Source: Eledone cirrhosa (Eukaryota). From it: a DNA stretch of 64,000 nucleotides. The stretch spans positions 186,558,001-186,622,000 of the forward strand of contig OZ024740.1 of the NCBI GenBank assembly GCA_964016885.1, written 5' to 3'. Positions 1 through 13,600 of this stretch are shown piece after piece. The translations under genes and the position numbers were made by a program. The first letter of the stretch is position 1. Each line of letters opens with the position of its first letter. The notes beneath the pieces were generated by a model, which made no database searches, was not told where the DNA came from, and worked only from the letters and a program-made list of their open reading frames with translations.

Positions 1-2354
1 TCTGACAATTATCATTGATTTTATATGTTTTTCTATGATATCATATGTTCGACAAAAGTTTTGAGACAGTATTCTATGGCTCGATGCCCTTCCTGACATC
101 ACCGCTTACTTATTTTTTCTTTTAAGTAATGCACACATACACATATTGGATAGGCTTCATACAGTTGCTTGCCTACTGAAAATTGGCACGGACTGGGCTG
201 TTGATTAAATCAACCAAAACCTATTTTTTGTTTTGTAACATTAACTGGAAGTATAAAATGGAAAGTTGGCTTCAGTGGAATATAAATTCAGTTCATAAGA
301 GCTAGAAAAAATACAAGGCATTTTATCTCAGCCTTTAATGATTCTGGCAATTCACATCCCTACCAACAAGAATTATCTGTCTTAGAAAATACGCATAAGA
401 TTTTCAATGTTAATGAATAGTGTGTAGAGATATTCTAATTATATTTACAGATCCTAGTATTGCTATTCCCTGAAACATATCTATGTTTATACTTATAGAA
501 AGTCTGCCAATGTCTTTACAAATGTAGTTTTGTAATATTTCAGTGGTATTAATTGCATAAGGAGACATGTACCCAGTACCTCCTGTAAAGTGGGTGGTGA
601 AATGAAGAGTATCCAACTATAACTACTACACCATCAAAACATTGAGAGGACTGTTCAGTTGTGTCAAGGGCATGACAAACTAATATTGCTGACATAGTAA
701 ATGCACCCAGTACTTTCTGAAAAGTGGTTGATGATAGATAACACAACCAGCCATAGAAAATGTGTTAAACACAAGGTTGGAAGGACTCTTCAGTTATCGG
801 AAAGTCATGACGATCGCCCAAGTACTGATATCATGATAAATTGTACGAGGCGGGAATGCATGCAAGATGCAACCATTCCCCTAGGCAACTGAGAGATCAT
901 TAGCAACAATTAAGTACTGACATGGCCTGTGACAACACATCCAGCCCTAGCTGGCTGTTAATAATCCTTAATCACTTCGGTAATTCTTGGGTATTTAAGT
1001 TTTACAGCTGAAAAAAATAAACCATGGAGACGATTATTCGTGACCTGAAAGTACTGAATTTCCATAACATTTCATATTGTCATTTTCTAAAACAAGTGGA
1101 TGTTTATATGTGTACTACAGAGCCTTTTCTTAAAGAAATTGAAACTGGGTGGCTAAGTAAATGTTATAGAATATGACTGCATGATTTTTCTTTGCACTCT
1201 GTAGAATTTTCATTTCCAATATATTTCACTACTATGCAGCATTACATTCTCTTCATATTCATACAATTTACATTTAGTATGGAAATACAAAATAAACTCT
1301 TTGTCATCAATAGCAGTGACAGATCCCTGATATATTTTCAACCCTTTATTACTCTAGTAACTAGGAATTATGTATTCACGGTAAGATTCAAACTTTCAGC
1401 TTAGAGCGATCTCATAAATGCCCTTAACCAGCATGACATTTGAATAATGAGGCTGGGAAATTCTAAATACTCATGTACACATGAATATATAAACACATAA
1501 AGGCACAGATAAAAACATTCACAATTGTAGATATGTATATACGTGTGTGTGTGTGCATGCATGCGAGTGTGTGTGTGTGTTTGTTTGTATGTGCATGTGA
1601 GTGTTTCTCTGCATATGTATGCTAGTCTCTCTCTCACTCACTATCTTTGACAAAGGAACCTTGGGGAAAACCTATGAAAACCTGGGATGATGTGGTGAGG
1701 GCTAACATCATGCAGCTGAACCCCACAAAGGAGATATACCAGGATCAAGAAAACTAATGATATTTCATAATACAAAGAACATTTCTTCCCATGCAAGTGG
1801 AAGGAATGTGGCAGAAACATGATGGCTAAACCACCTACTCTCCTCAACCCTAAATCTGAAGAAGCAGAGAAGTGTTACAACACTCAAGTTCCATTTTCCA
1901 CTCCCAGGTATATTCTGGAAATCCCTCCCACCATGCCCTTGATCCTGTTCTCTACTCTAAACCCGAAGAAGCAGAGAGATGGAAAATCTCTCATGTCTTC
2001 ACCTTCCAATATACTCCCACTTTTCTTGCCCAACTCAGTTTGGAATTGAAACTTGATTGATTCACCTTCCCTGCTTACCTGACTTGTCTCACAATGGAAC
2101 AACTTGTCTAACCCAAGCTAGAATGGAAAAATTGGATGTGAAACGATGATAATGAAGATACTTTTCTGTACCTCATCTTACAGTCTATTTTGCATTGTTT
2201 AACCTTCTAACTCTTTCAACATTATATATATATATTATTATTCTTTGGCCGAGTTTACACTTGCAAAGATTCAGCACGCTTTCTCCAATCGTCCCGGTCG
2301 AGCATGACATTCTCATTTCATCAATGTTATCAATGTTAACATCTCTCAGAAGGA

Positions 2355-2497
<143 letters not shown>

Positions 2498-2603
2498 TTC
2501 GTTGACAAATATATCAATATGTCCAGACATGCAGATATATTGCCCTTGGTATGACAGTGTGGTTTTAGCTCGATTTAGGATAATTAGTATACTACAGAGC
2601 CGT

Positions 2604-2752
2604 TATAGTTATAGGAATAACCAAAGAGTGCTTAGAAATACATTGTTTTATTAGCTAACTGTGTTTCATCCATACACCATGGCAGGAATCATGGATGAAA
2701 CACTGTTAGCTAATAAAACAATGTATTTCTAAGCACTCTTTGGTTATTGCTA

Positions 2753-2760
<8 letters not shown>
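2604..2760. repeat. Short palindromic insertion (70-bp arms, 17-nt spacer), Penelope-like terminal repeat remnant
   Basis: 2604-2673 is the reverse complement of 2691-2760 with about 3 mismatches. The right arm reads GAAAC-ACT-GTT-AGC-TAATAAA (3' half of a hammerhead plus AATAAA) and runs into (TA)n. Confidence 0.75.
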
Positions 2761-2788
<28 letters not shown>

Positions 2789-2962
2789 ATACAATAACAG
2801 AGATAGCTTAAAGCTAAACTCTGACTGGCAACCATCTCACTCAACAAACATTAGGTTATATGTTAGTATAAACCCAATTTAAGTGTTTGGGGTGCTAACT
2901 ATATGTATTATGTGGAAAGCCAGTTGTATTATTTTATGAGATATAATTAAAGTTAAAATATA

Positions 2963-2994
<32 letters not shown>

Positions 2995-5900
2995 CAAAGA
3001 ATAGTAAATCTACAACTAGCTTAGTCAAATAAGTAACATCCTGCTGAGGTTTTTCTCGAGTTATGGATCGACGATGGTTGAGTAAAAATTAACTCTAATC
3101 AAGCTCACTTATAATTAATTGTATTCCATCCAAAACAATCTTGTTTTCTTTCTATCAAGCAATGGATTATATTCTCCAACATGATCTTCCATTTTTTACC
3201 CCTTTTGGGGCCGTTTTCCTGGTGAAATGCACTCTATTTCAATTAATTGGTGAAGAGTTTTGAGAGCTTTCATAAAATTATTCATTATTTCATTACTAAG
3301 ATAGCAACTTAACATATGGCTCTTGTATAAAATTATTTTTGGAGATTTTATTTAAAAAAGGAAACCTTTAAAATGGGTGGATATTCATAGAACCAGGGTT
3401 GGTCATGAAAGGAGTAAAACGGTAGGCCTGTAATTTGAGGGATATTTGTCGTTTCTAGCAAGCCCTGAATCCACACAAAGAATTCTCTTTCAATCGTGTG
3501 TAAATTTAATTCTCCTTAAATGTTTGTCATGTGAAATAGAATGAGATCAAAAGTAAATGTTATGGTATAAATGAAGGTCAACAAGTTTTGTTTATGTTTT
3601 GCAAGTTTTTTTATTCCCCAGTTATGTTGGGATGAGTGAAGTAGGCCTAGCTTTTAGATATGTAGAGAAATCAATATTTATAACAGTCAAATATATCAAT
3701 ATATTTAGATATAGATTATTTAACTCTTGGGAGTATATTGAACAAAGCTAAGCTATTAAGAAAGCATATTTCTTGACAAAATCTGCTGGTTCGAATATAA
3801 CTAAGCAAAACATTCTTATATCAAATTGTATTGGATAGTTTCTAATTTAAATATACCGAATTTAAAACTGAGAGGTGTATATCAAAGAAAGAAGAATGGA
3901 CTCAAGTGGGGTTGGTAACTAAAGGAAACAGCAGCATCCAAAGAAACTAGTCGTCTTCATCAATATTTGTTCTGGCCTTTTGCATTCTAAGTTCTTGTGT
4001 GGTAGACTTAATCCCTCACCTGGTTTAACATCACCATCTAGTCTGTAGGTGCCTTTAACTATATTCATTTTCTTGCAAGCATTTGAGTTAGGGTTTGAGT
4101 TTGAGGCTCTTAAAATATAATTGATCATCAATGCTGCTTTTCTCTTCTCAACTATTCTGCATAAAAACTGGGAAGAATTTCACAAAGGGAAACAAGTTAG
4201 TTTGTCACGTGGGAGAAAATATGTGAAAAGAAATTACTTTAATTACTGTGCTATGTATATAGAATGAGACAAAGTAAGTGATGAAAGAGGAAGAAAAAGC
4301 AAAAGAAATAGTTACACTTGCTGTTGTAATTGAAAGTGTAGTGATGTTCTCATTATCAAATTGGAGTTTCGTTAAGAATGTGGTTGTCATTTCTGACAAT
4401 AGTTATTATTGTGGGGAGAAATAACAATGTTGTAATAAGTGCTTCAGAGTATTCATTTTTTTAATGTTTTGTGTGGAAATCATTTTCACTTTCATTATCA
4501 AAATAATGATCATCGTCATATGAAAATGCAAAAATAAATATATCTGTTACTTTCTTTTTCATCTTCTTTATTTTGTAATTCTTTCTGAGTAAAACCTTCA
4601 AAGACACTATCGCTACTTTCAGAAGCCATATGGATAAGGACAAAAAACTGAATCTTATTTCTACCAAGAAAACATGTGTTATCACAAGTTTCACTATATT
4701 TACTATTGTGTCTCTGCAGTAAAGTCTTTACCTTGCATAATCTTGAATCTGCAAGACTTTGATGATAATATTGTTTATTTAAGGTATATTAACATCGGTG
4801 TGAAAGGCAGGTTTTGGATGGATTGAACAGAAAGAGGGTAAATAATTCTGGCTAGATATGGTCAGAAGATCATGTCAAAGGCTGACTTTGTGTTCCCTCT
4901 GATTGGTAATCTCAAGATTAACAATCTACACTTTTCCCAACATTTTCCAATTAGTCAGAATGACATTCAAATGCCATATTCATAATAATATATTTTAGTT
5001 TTCTTCCATGTTCTCATTTAATTATAGTTTCAACCCTTGTCTGGTGAAGAATTTCGCATCCCAACCTTGTATTTCCAAATCTAAATCCACAACCCCCATC
5101 ACTACACACCACCTGCAAGTGTCTTCTATAATAATCCTTATCAATTTCAAGCCTTTTGAGTAAAATTCGGTAATCAAAAATTGCATGGAAGCCCTTATGG
5201 TAGATGAATCGTCATGGTTTCTTCTTTTCTTCCTATGAACCTAAAAGGTAAACACACTGCCCTCCCTCCCTTGCCAAGGTCTCAAAATGAAGCTTCTTTA
5301 TTTATACTCTATAAGTCTGCTTGATCAGGGTTGACATGGGGCTAAAAATAATACAACAATAACCAGAAACTTTGAGATAAACATTAGAAGAAATCAATAC
5401 ATCAATACACATTTGTATAGTTGAACTCACAAAACATACACATTAAAATTTACTTTTTGTAATATTTTATTTTGCTCTTTTCAATTACTATTTTCATTTC
5501 CATCATTTTGGTTTGGTTTTATTTGTAATTATTTCAATATTGATATCTTAGATGGATGGATAACTATTTAAGTGGGAGCATATAGTTCACTGCATTAAAA
5601 AACTGAGAAGTTTACAAATGAATGAATGTCTTACTTTCTATTAAAGAATTATTTCACTATTACATGAGGGTAGAGTAATATTAGGCATTTAAAACACAGA
5701 TACACTTACAGTGGCATCAGTTTTATTATTTTGTAATAATCTATATATTATTTAATTTGTGTGTACCAAGATTTAGCAACAACCGCCCAATGCATTGCAA
5801 AATTCTTTATTAATACTCTCTTAAATTCAACCTATTTTGCCTAGAATATCTTCAGTGCATTTTTGAGCTCTGGACCCCTTAAAACCAAAGCAAGGTTTCC

Positions 5901-7176
5901 TTTATTTATCAATACAGGAAAGTCATTTACAAATATTCATGGAAGAAATACATCTTTCATCATACACCTACAACTTGCTTCCCATTTTTTCTTTATCTTT
6001 TTTTGCATGCTTATTTTGCTTCCTGTTGGCTTTCCGTGTTTAAATTTTTTATTTTATTTTATTCTATTTTATTTTATTTTCTATTTAAATTTTTCTTTTT
6101 ATATTCACATAGTTCTGTATATCTTGCGTTTTTGTTTCTCAACTGTAAGGCATATTAGATATTTCTGCTAGTCTTTCATGGATTACTAGTTCTATACAGA
6201 CGTTTAAATTGATTAAATAAATCAATAAATAAATAGTCAAATAATTTAGAATCCACATCTTTAATCATACATCTATGACTTTATCATATACTTAAATAAC
6301 ATCTTTCATCATTAGTCTATGACCTGGTTATATTATATATGAGTACCTTTCATTATACATCTATGATCTTGTCATTTATATTCTGTTTCTATGTCACTGC
6401 TTTATTACAATTCCATTGTAGGCTATAGGGGTGTATTTTCTGTTGATTTTTTTCTAAGGGAATTAAAAAAATTAAATTAAAGTAATTTGGAGCATTGTCC
6501 TAGTTCATGACATGCCTTGGACTTATTAAACCTGGTGGAGCTTATCTCTCTCCATGCTGAAACACAACCAATCTCTTCCAGAATAAGAAAGAATTGATCT
6601 CAGTATGAACTAATACTTTATTTATCAAGATCAAAAGCATGAAAGACAAAGATGTCTACAGCATGATTTGAATTCAGAGCACTGGGAACCAGAACAAACA
6701 CTGAAGCATTTTTAATCTGCTGCCCTCATGACTCTGCCAATTCACCACTATTTCCAATAGTGAATTGTATAATTGAATCAGGCTTAATCACATCTCACTA
6801 CTTTTGTTTTTTGTTTAGGCCCAGAGCAGCCCTGATTCATTAATCCTATGATAAAAGGATTTGTATTATGATCAAAGGCATACTAGAATGATCAAAGGCA
6901 TTGTGTTCCTTCTCTCTCTATCCTCATTTTAACACTGTCTCCCACATCATTATCATCATATCTTTACAATCTCTTTATTTTATAACACTGTTGTCATTGG
7001 GTTATTTATATATTCATTTTCTATCACTATACATTTATTTTGTTTATATTTTACATCATTTCTAATTATTTTCCCCTCAGCCATTGAGAACTCATCAACA
7101 ATTGATTTCTAACTAAATGAAATAAAGTATCAGTGATCAGGTGAAAGATGTACAATCAAATACTTTCATATTTAAT

Positions 7177-7208
<32 letters not shown>

Positions 7209-8761
7209 GCGGCGATGAATTAGTTTTGCGAGGTTTTTTATATGAAATCGTGTGTCGAAACAGATATTGTTATATTTGGGGAGGGTCATATTTGCGTAAT
7301 ATTGCCAGAATTAATAACAGAACACACTCACTGTTTGGTTGGTTTTCGCTTCTCGCTGTCTTTTATATATATATATCTGCGATCTAACTTACTCGGTCCT
7401 CAATGTTGCCATTGACTGACCGGCGGTCAAAAATAATACAGATACAATATAGACAAACACATATATATATAGTTTACATAATTTACATAAATCTTTCGTT
7501 GCACATCTGCAACATCGTCAGTGGTGTTATATTCATTGTTCCTCCTGTTGTGTTGTATGTCTACGCCATTTTTTTTTTGTTCAGTCTGTCTATATATTTA
7601 TTTATTTATTTGCTTGTTTGTTTATCTTATTTTATTTTGTCTTCTTTGCGCATGCGTTTGCGTGTGTGTATAGTGTTATGTGTGATGTGTGACTAGTGTG
7701 TATAGTGTTGTGTCTGCTGGGTGACTAGTGTGTGTTTATGTGCTTGTGTATGTATTTATTTATCTTATTTTATTTAATTTAATTTACTTATTTATTTATA
7801 CTTCTCTTAGGTCAGTGTTGTTTGTTTGGGTGTTGTTGTTGTTCCACTCATTCTTTCTATTTAGCTTTGGTCTTCTAATTTCTATTTCACTGGCCTCTCT
7901 GATTTGCCTATCTGCTGGGTCATTCCTATGTTTAGATATTATTCTAAATATCCAGAGAACTGCATGCGGTTGATGAAGTGTTGGATGTGTCCTTCCATGG
8001 GGGGAACTAAAAGGACGAAAAAACTGGTCAGTACTATACGAACATGCTAGACAACAACATGACGGTAACATAGACAACATAGAAATTAGAATAATATCTA
8101 AACATAGGAATGACCCAGCAGATAGGCAAATCAGAGAGGCCAGTGAAATAGAAATTAGAAGACCAAAGCTAAATAGAAAGAATGAGTGGAACAACAACAA
8201 CACCCAAACAAACAACACTGACCTAAGAGAAGTATAAATAAATAAGTAAATTAAATTAAATAAAATAAGATAAATAAATACATACACAAGCACATAAACA
8301 CACACTAGTCACCCAGCAGACACAACACTATACACACTAGTCACACATCACACATAACACTATACACACACGCAAACGCATGCGCAAAGAAGACAAAATA
8401 AAATAAGATAAACAAACAAGCAAATAAATAAATAAATATATAGACAGACTGAACAAAAAAAAAATGGCGTAGACATACAACACAACAGGAGGAACAATGA
8501 ATATAACACCACTGACGATGTTGCAGATGTGCAACGAAAGATTTATGTAAATTATGTAAACTATATATATATGTGTTTGTCTATATTGTATCTGTATTAT
8601 TTTTGACCGCCGGTCAGTCAATGGCAACATTGAGGACCGAGTAAGTTAGATCGCAGATATATATATATAAAAGACAGCGAGAAGCGAAAACCAACCAAAC
8701 AGTGAGTGTGTTCTGTTATTAATTCTGGCAATATTACGCAAATATGACCCTCCCCAAATAT

Positions 8762-8769
<8 letters not shown>
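7209..8769 (+). mobile_element. Penelope-like retroelement remnant with an inverted terminal repeat (684-bp arms)
   Basis: 7264-7947 and 8086-8769 are reverse complements (identical 97-aa ORFs are called on both strands). The + frame across the spacer and right arm gives SVLYEHARQQH...IRIISKHRNDPADRQIREASEIEIRRPKLNRKNEW, typical of the C-terminus of a Penelope GIY-YIG endonuclease. (TA)n lies on both sides. Confidence 0.85.
8512..8539 (+). ncRNA. Partial hammerhead ribozyme core (mirror copy 7494-7521 on the minus strand)
   Basis: CTGACGA-t-GTTGCA-gatg-TGCAAC-GAAA: both core boxes with a perfect 6-bp stem II. Stems I and III could not be closed by eye. Confidence 0.55.
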
Positions 8770-8803
<34 letters not shown>

Positions 8804-8874
8804 GTCCCACCCTTGCGAGCAGGGAAGAGCGGACGTAAAATGATGATGATGATGATCATCATCATCATATATAT

Positions 8875-9178
8875 AACCCCACTCCACCGGCCATCACCCC
8901 TGCACACCCCACACCCTTCCACCACTTGTTTATCTTCATGTTTATTTTTATTTTTATTTGTACCCCTTCCACCGTTTTTCCTCCCTTTCTTCTAAATGTC
9001 TCTCCACCACTCCCCCACACACCCTTGGAACTCTCTTCCCACCCACTTTTCTCCTGAAGAAGGGCTTATGCCTGAAACCACGCCCCCCCCCCCCCCACAC
9101 ACACACTGTCAAGAACGTGAAACTAATAAACCTTTGTTTGTACTGCCTCTCTGTTTTGTTCCCGTTTCATGTTTCACT
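8875..9178 (+). mobile_element. Penelope-like terminal repeat fragment with hammerhead motif
   Basis: C/T-rich leader, then ttctc-CTGAAGA-AGG-gcttatg-CCT-GAAAC...GTC-aagaa (about 9050-9115), then AATAAA, ending in (TA)n. Confidence 0.6.
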
Positions 9179-9196
9179 ATATATATATATATATAT

Positions 9197-9570
9197 CATC
9201 ATCATCATCGTTTAACATCCATCTTCCACGCTTGCATGGGTTTGGACAGGAGTTTTCCCACTTGAGGCAAGATTTGTTGTCCTGCTCGTATAGGACTGTC
9301 TGGCGGGTTTTCTACGGCTGGATGCCCTTCCTAACACCAACCACATTTACAGTGTGGACTGACAGGTCTTTACCGTGTTACCTACACGGCCACATTACAG
9401 CGTGGACTGTGTGTTTTTTTTGTCGTGACACCTACACGACCTCATTTGTTTCGGACTGGATGTTGTGGTACCAACATAACTTCACATTTAAGGGGGTGGT
9501 GTGGATGGGGTGGGGGTAGTGGGACGGGGATGTATTTTGTTAGAGATGCCTACTGACTGTAGGTTTCGCT
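9197..9570 (-). mobile_element. 5'-truncated RTE 3' UTR (same family as 48936-50006)
   Basis: Colinear with 48936-49420; carries the GGCATCCAGC motif and a (GAT)n tail, and is flanked by TA repeats. Confidence 0.8.
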
Positions 9571-9700
9571 TATATACATATGTTTAGTAATGAGAATTGT
9601 TAGAATGAGTACTAAATATCATAAAGATTAATACATATATATATGTATGTATAATACTAATAATAATGATGATGATGATGATAATAATAATAATAATAAT

Positions 9701-10152
9701 ATCATGTGAAGGTGCTGTGGGATTTTAGGACAAGACGGACAAGAAACTGGAACACAATAGACCTGACCTGGTGGTTTTGGACAAGGGAAAAAGATCATGC
9801 CTGATTGTGGATGTAGCCTGCCCATTCAACACGAGAGTGCAAGAGAAGGAGAAGGAGAAAATTAACCGATACCAGGACTTGAAGTGGGAGTTAAAAGGAT
9901 TTGGAACTGCCATGAGGTCAAAGTGGTCCCGATTGTCATAGGCGCACTAGGTACTATCTCAAAGAGTTTCCAAGGATGGTTAAAGAAAATTAGTCCCGCC
10001 CCGCTTTATAGAACACTTCAAAAGGCATGCTTGCTGGGAACAGAAAGAACCCTCTGATACGTCCTGAATATCTGAGGCTTCAAGTAGTGGCTTGATATTC
10101 ATTTCAACAAACTTTCCAGTTAAATAACATCAATGACTGAGACTCAAAGAAC
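9701..10152 (+). mobile_element. Dong/R4-clade non-LTR retrotransposon, 3' fragment
   Basis: Decayed match to the restriction-like endonuclease region of 19128-19517 (VLWDF..RPDLVV..IVDVACPF..VVPIVIGALG) with the same 3' UTR; (TAA)n on both sides. Confidence 0.9.
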
Positions 10153-10195
10153 AATAATAATAATAATAATAATAATAGTAATAATCATAATAATA

Positions 10196-10460
10196 ATTGT
10201 TTCTACTTTTGGCACAAGGCCATCAATTGCCCAGTACATTACTGGTACTTTATTTTACGTTGTATAATCATAATAATTGTTTCTACTTTTGGCACAAGGC
10301 CAGCAATTACCCAGTGTATTAGGGGTACTTTATTTTATCGACCCCGTAAGGATGAAAGGCAAAGTTAACCTCGGCGGGATTTGAACTCTGAATGGAAAGG
10401 GCCGTAACTCTTTGCATCAAAGCATGGCGTCCGACGCTCTACCAATACTGCCAATCCACC
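10196..10460 (-). mobile_element. tRNA-related SINE (Nin-like body) with duplicated tail
   Basis: Reverse complement of the family at 18829-19021; the tail TTGTTTCTACTTTTGGCACAAGGCC is present twice. Confidence 0.8.
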
Positions 10461-10494
10461 TCCTTCATATAATCATAATTTATATAATCATAAT

Positions 10495-10665
10495 AATAAT
10501 AATAAATGTGAAGACTAAAATCCAAAGAGGGCTCGATAAGGATAAATATATATCAAATGTATAAGAACCCTAGAGCAAATATTTATTAAAATAACAGATT
10601 AAAGTTTAAGTAAAGAATCGCTGCGATTCTTTGCATAAACTTTAAACTGTTATTTTAATAAATAT
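10495..10665. repeat. Palindromic insertion (43-bp arms) with about 85-bp asymmetric extension; same family as 15121-15422
   Basis: 10579-10621 and 10623-10665 are inverted around a 1-nt centre. 10498-10583 recurs almost identically at 15121-15208. Confidence 0.8.
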
Positions 10666-10697
10666 ATACATATACATATATATATGTATATATATAT

Positions 10698-13600
10698 GGT
10701 GTTAGGAAGGGCATCCAACCAGTGTATCAATGCCAAATCGCTTTTCAGCACAGCAACAAAACAGCATAGGAACAACAACAAAATATGAAGACGTCGCATC
10801 TCAGAGTTGCAACACTTAATGTTGGCACTCTCAGAGGTAGATCTGCTGAAATAGCGGAGATGCTGGAGAGAAGGCAGGTGGATGTGTGCTGCGTGCAAGA
10901 GGTGAGATGGAGAGGTGCCTCTGCGAGACTAGTCGTAGGCAAGCGTCTTAGCTATAAGCTATTCTGGGTAGGTAAGGATGATGGGTTAGGGGGAGTAGGC
11001 ATTTTCCTGGCTGAGAAATGGATCAATAAGACAATAGAGGTAGTTCGAGTTGGTAATCGAATAATTAAGCTTAGATTAGTTGTAGGTAGGAGACTACTGA
11101 CAATCATCTCGGTCTATGCTCCCCAAGCAGGCCTAGGCAAAGATGAGAAAGACTGCTTTTATGAGCAACTTTTGCAAACAACCACAATGACAGAGGACGG
11201 AGACATCGTTATGCTAGCAGGAGACTTCAATGGTCATGTTGGACAGCTCCAGGATGGTTACACTGTGGTACATGGTGGGCATGGTTATGGTTCAAGAAAT
11301 GAAGAAGGAGTGAGACTTCTTGAATTTTGTGATGCGAGTACATTGACTATTTGCAACACAAACTTCCAGAAACTGCCAATCACCTAATAACCTACAAATC
11401 TGGTGAGCACATAAGCCAGATTGACTTCCTGCTAGTTAGGCAGCGGGACAGGCAGATAGTATCTAATACCAAGGCATACCCTGGGGAAGAATGTACCCCA
11501 CAGCATAGGTTAGTTGTTAGTGATATCTCAGTAAGCAAGAGATGGAATGAGACATATAGGAAGGTGTGGAGAAGAAAGGTCTGGAAGCTAAAAGACCTTC
11601 CACTAAAATACAAATTTAGGAAAGCCCTTCAAGATGTATATGACGAAAAAGAAGACGATTTAGAGACGTATGACATAGATAATAACTGGAAGTTCTTACG
11701 TGACAACTTGCTGCAGGCTACTGATGAAACCTGTGGCTGGAGCAGAGCTCCAACCAGACAGAGAGTGACCTAGTGGTGGAACAGCACAGTAGATAAGGCT
11801 ATTAGAGACAAAAGACTAGCATGGAAGGCTTGGAAAAAGGGTTTGAGTAGGGAAGAATATACAACCACTAAGAGAGAAGCTAGACGTCAGGTGTACTTAG
11901 CACGCAGGGAGGCAGAGAGTAGGAGATTTGCCAATGTTCTGCGACGGGAAGATCAGAGGCGTGCGGTGTTCCACATTGCAAGGCAGTGTGTCAATGCAAA
12001 TCAGGATGTTGTTGGAGATAAATGTGTCCGGGATGATGCCGGTGTACTTAGTGTCACGAATGACCAGAAAAAGGAGGCCTGGAAATGTCATTATGAGAGA
12101 CTGATGAATGTGGAGAACGAATGGGAGAGAGAGAAATTACCCTTGGTAGATCCGACAGAGGGACCAGCTATTGAGATTGACGAATATAGGGTCCAAGAGG
12201 CGATTAGGGAAATGAAAAATGGTAAGGCGGCCGGACCATCGGGAATAGTTACTGAGATGCTGAAGCCATCAGGGGATGTAGGCACTAAACTGGTTGCACG
12301 CATCATCAATCAGGCTATATATGGTGGTGTCATACCCAAAGACTGGTGCAGCAGTATTCTCATAAATTACTACAAAGGTAAAGGGGATGCTTTGGAGAGG
12401 AGCAATTATAGGGGTATAAAACTGATAGATCAGGTTATGAAAGTGGCAGAAAGGATTTTAGCACAACTAATTAGAGAAAGGGTCAAACTAGTTGAGATGC
12501 AGTTTGGTTTTGTGCCTGGGAAGAGTACAACAGATGCCCTTTCTTAGTGAGACAAATGCAAGAGAGATTCTTAGAGAAGAATAAGCCACTATACTTAGCC
12601 TTTGTTGACCTAGAGAAGGCCTTTGATAGGGTACCCCGATCTGTCATCTGGTGGTCCCTAAGGAAGCTAGGTGTTGAGGAATGGCTTGTGAGGACAGTGC
12701 AAACTTTGTACCGAGGTACTCTCAGTAAAGTCAGGGTAGGAATGGAGTTTAGTGAGGAATTCCAGATACAAGTAGGAGTACATTAGGGTTCGGTCCTCAG
12801 CCCGCTCTTGTTCATTATAGTCCTCCAAGCCATAACAGAGGAGTTTAAGACTGGCTGTCCATGGGAACTTCTCTATGCTGACGATCTGGCTCTTATAGCA
12901 GAATCAGTAGAGGAGCTAGAGAATAAATTCCGGCTATGGAAACAGCAGTTGGAAGCAAGAGGACTGAGAGTAAATCTACCTAAGACAAAAGCGTTGATGA
13001 GTAGAAAAGAGGACAAAACCCTGATTCCGTCAGGGAAATGGCCATGTTCGATATGCAGAAAAGGAACTGGCATAAATTCTATAAAATGCACACAATGCAG
13101 GTCCTGGGTACACAAGAGATGTAGCGGGATAGCAGGCAAACTAACAGGTAGGGAGAAATATGTATGCAGTAGATGTACAGGGAAATTAGACAGTAGAAGT
13201 TGCACTGATAGACACATTTTTCAAATGCGAGAGGGCACTATAGAAGTTGTGGATAGCTTCCGGTACCTAGGAGATCAGATTAGCATGGGAGGAGGGTGTT
13301 CCCAGGCCATAGTATCTAGAATAAGGACGGGTTGGAAGAAGTTTAGGGAGCTGCTTCCTCTGTTGACGAAGAAGGGTTTCTCCCTGTGTACGAAAGGCCG
13401 GTTGTATGATGCCTGTGTGAGGAGCGTGATGCTGCATGGTAGTGAGACATGGGCAGCAACCGCAGAGGATATGCGACGGCTGGAGAGAAATGAGGCAAGC
13501 ATGCTCCGTTGGATGTGCAGTGTAAATGTGCGTGAACGACCCAGCATAAATGTGTTGAGAGAGAAACTGTGTCTGAGAGGGATAGAATGTAGTGTACGGG

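Noticed and set aside
3193-3419. Possible piggyBac-like MITE ends (also TTAACCCTT at about 29246)
   Set aside because: Terminal repeats too degenerate, and no paired TTAA duplication.
3919-4640. Possible decayed transposase on the minus strand (MASESSDSVFEGF..., KGTYRLDGDVKPG...)
   Set aside because: Short and interrupted, with no catalytic motif I could recognise.
7403-8630. Identical 97-aa ORFs on opposite strands
   Set aside because: A consequence of the inverted repeat; antisense to the element and low complexity.
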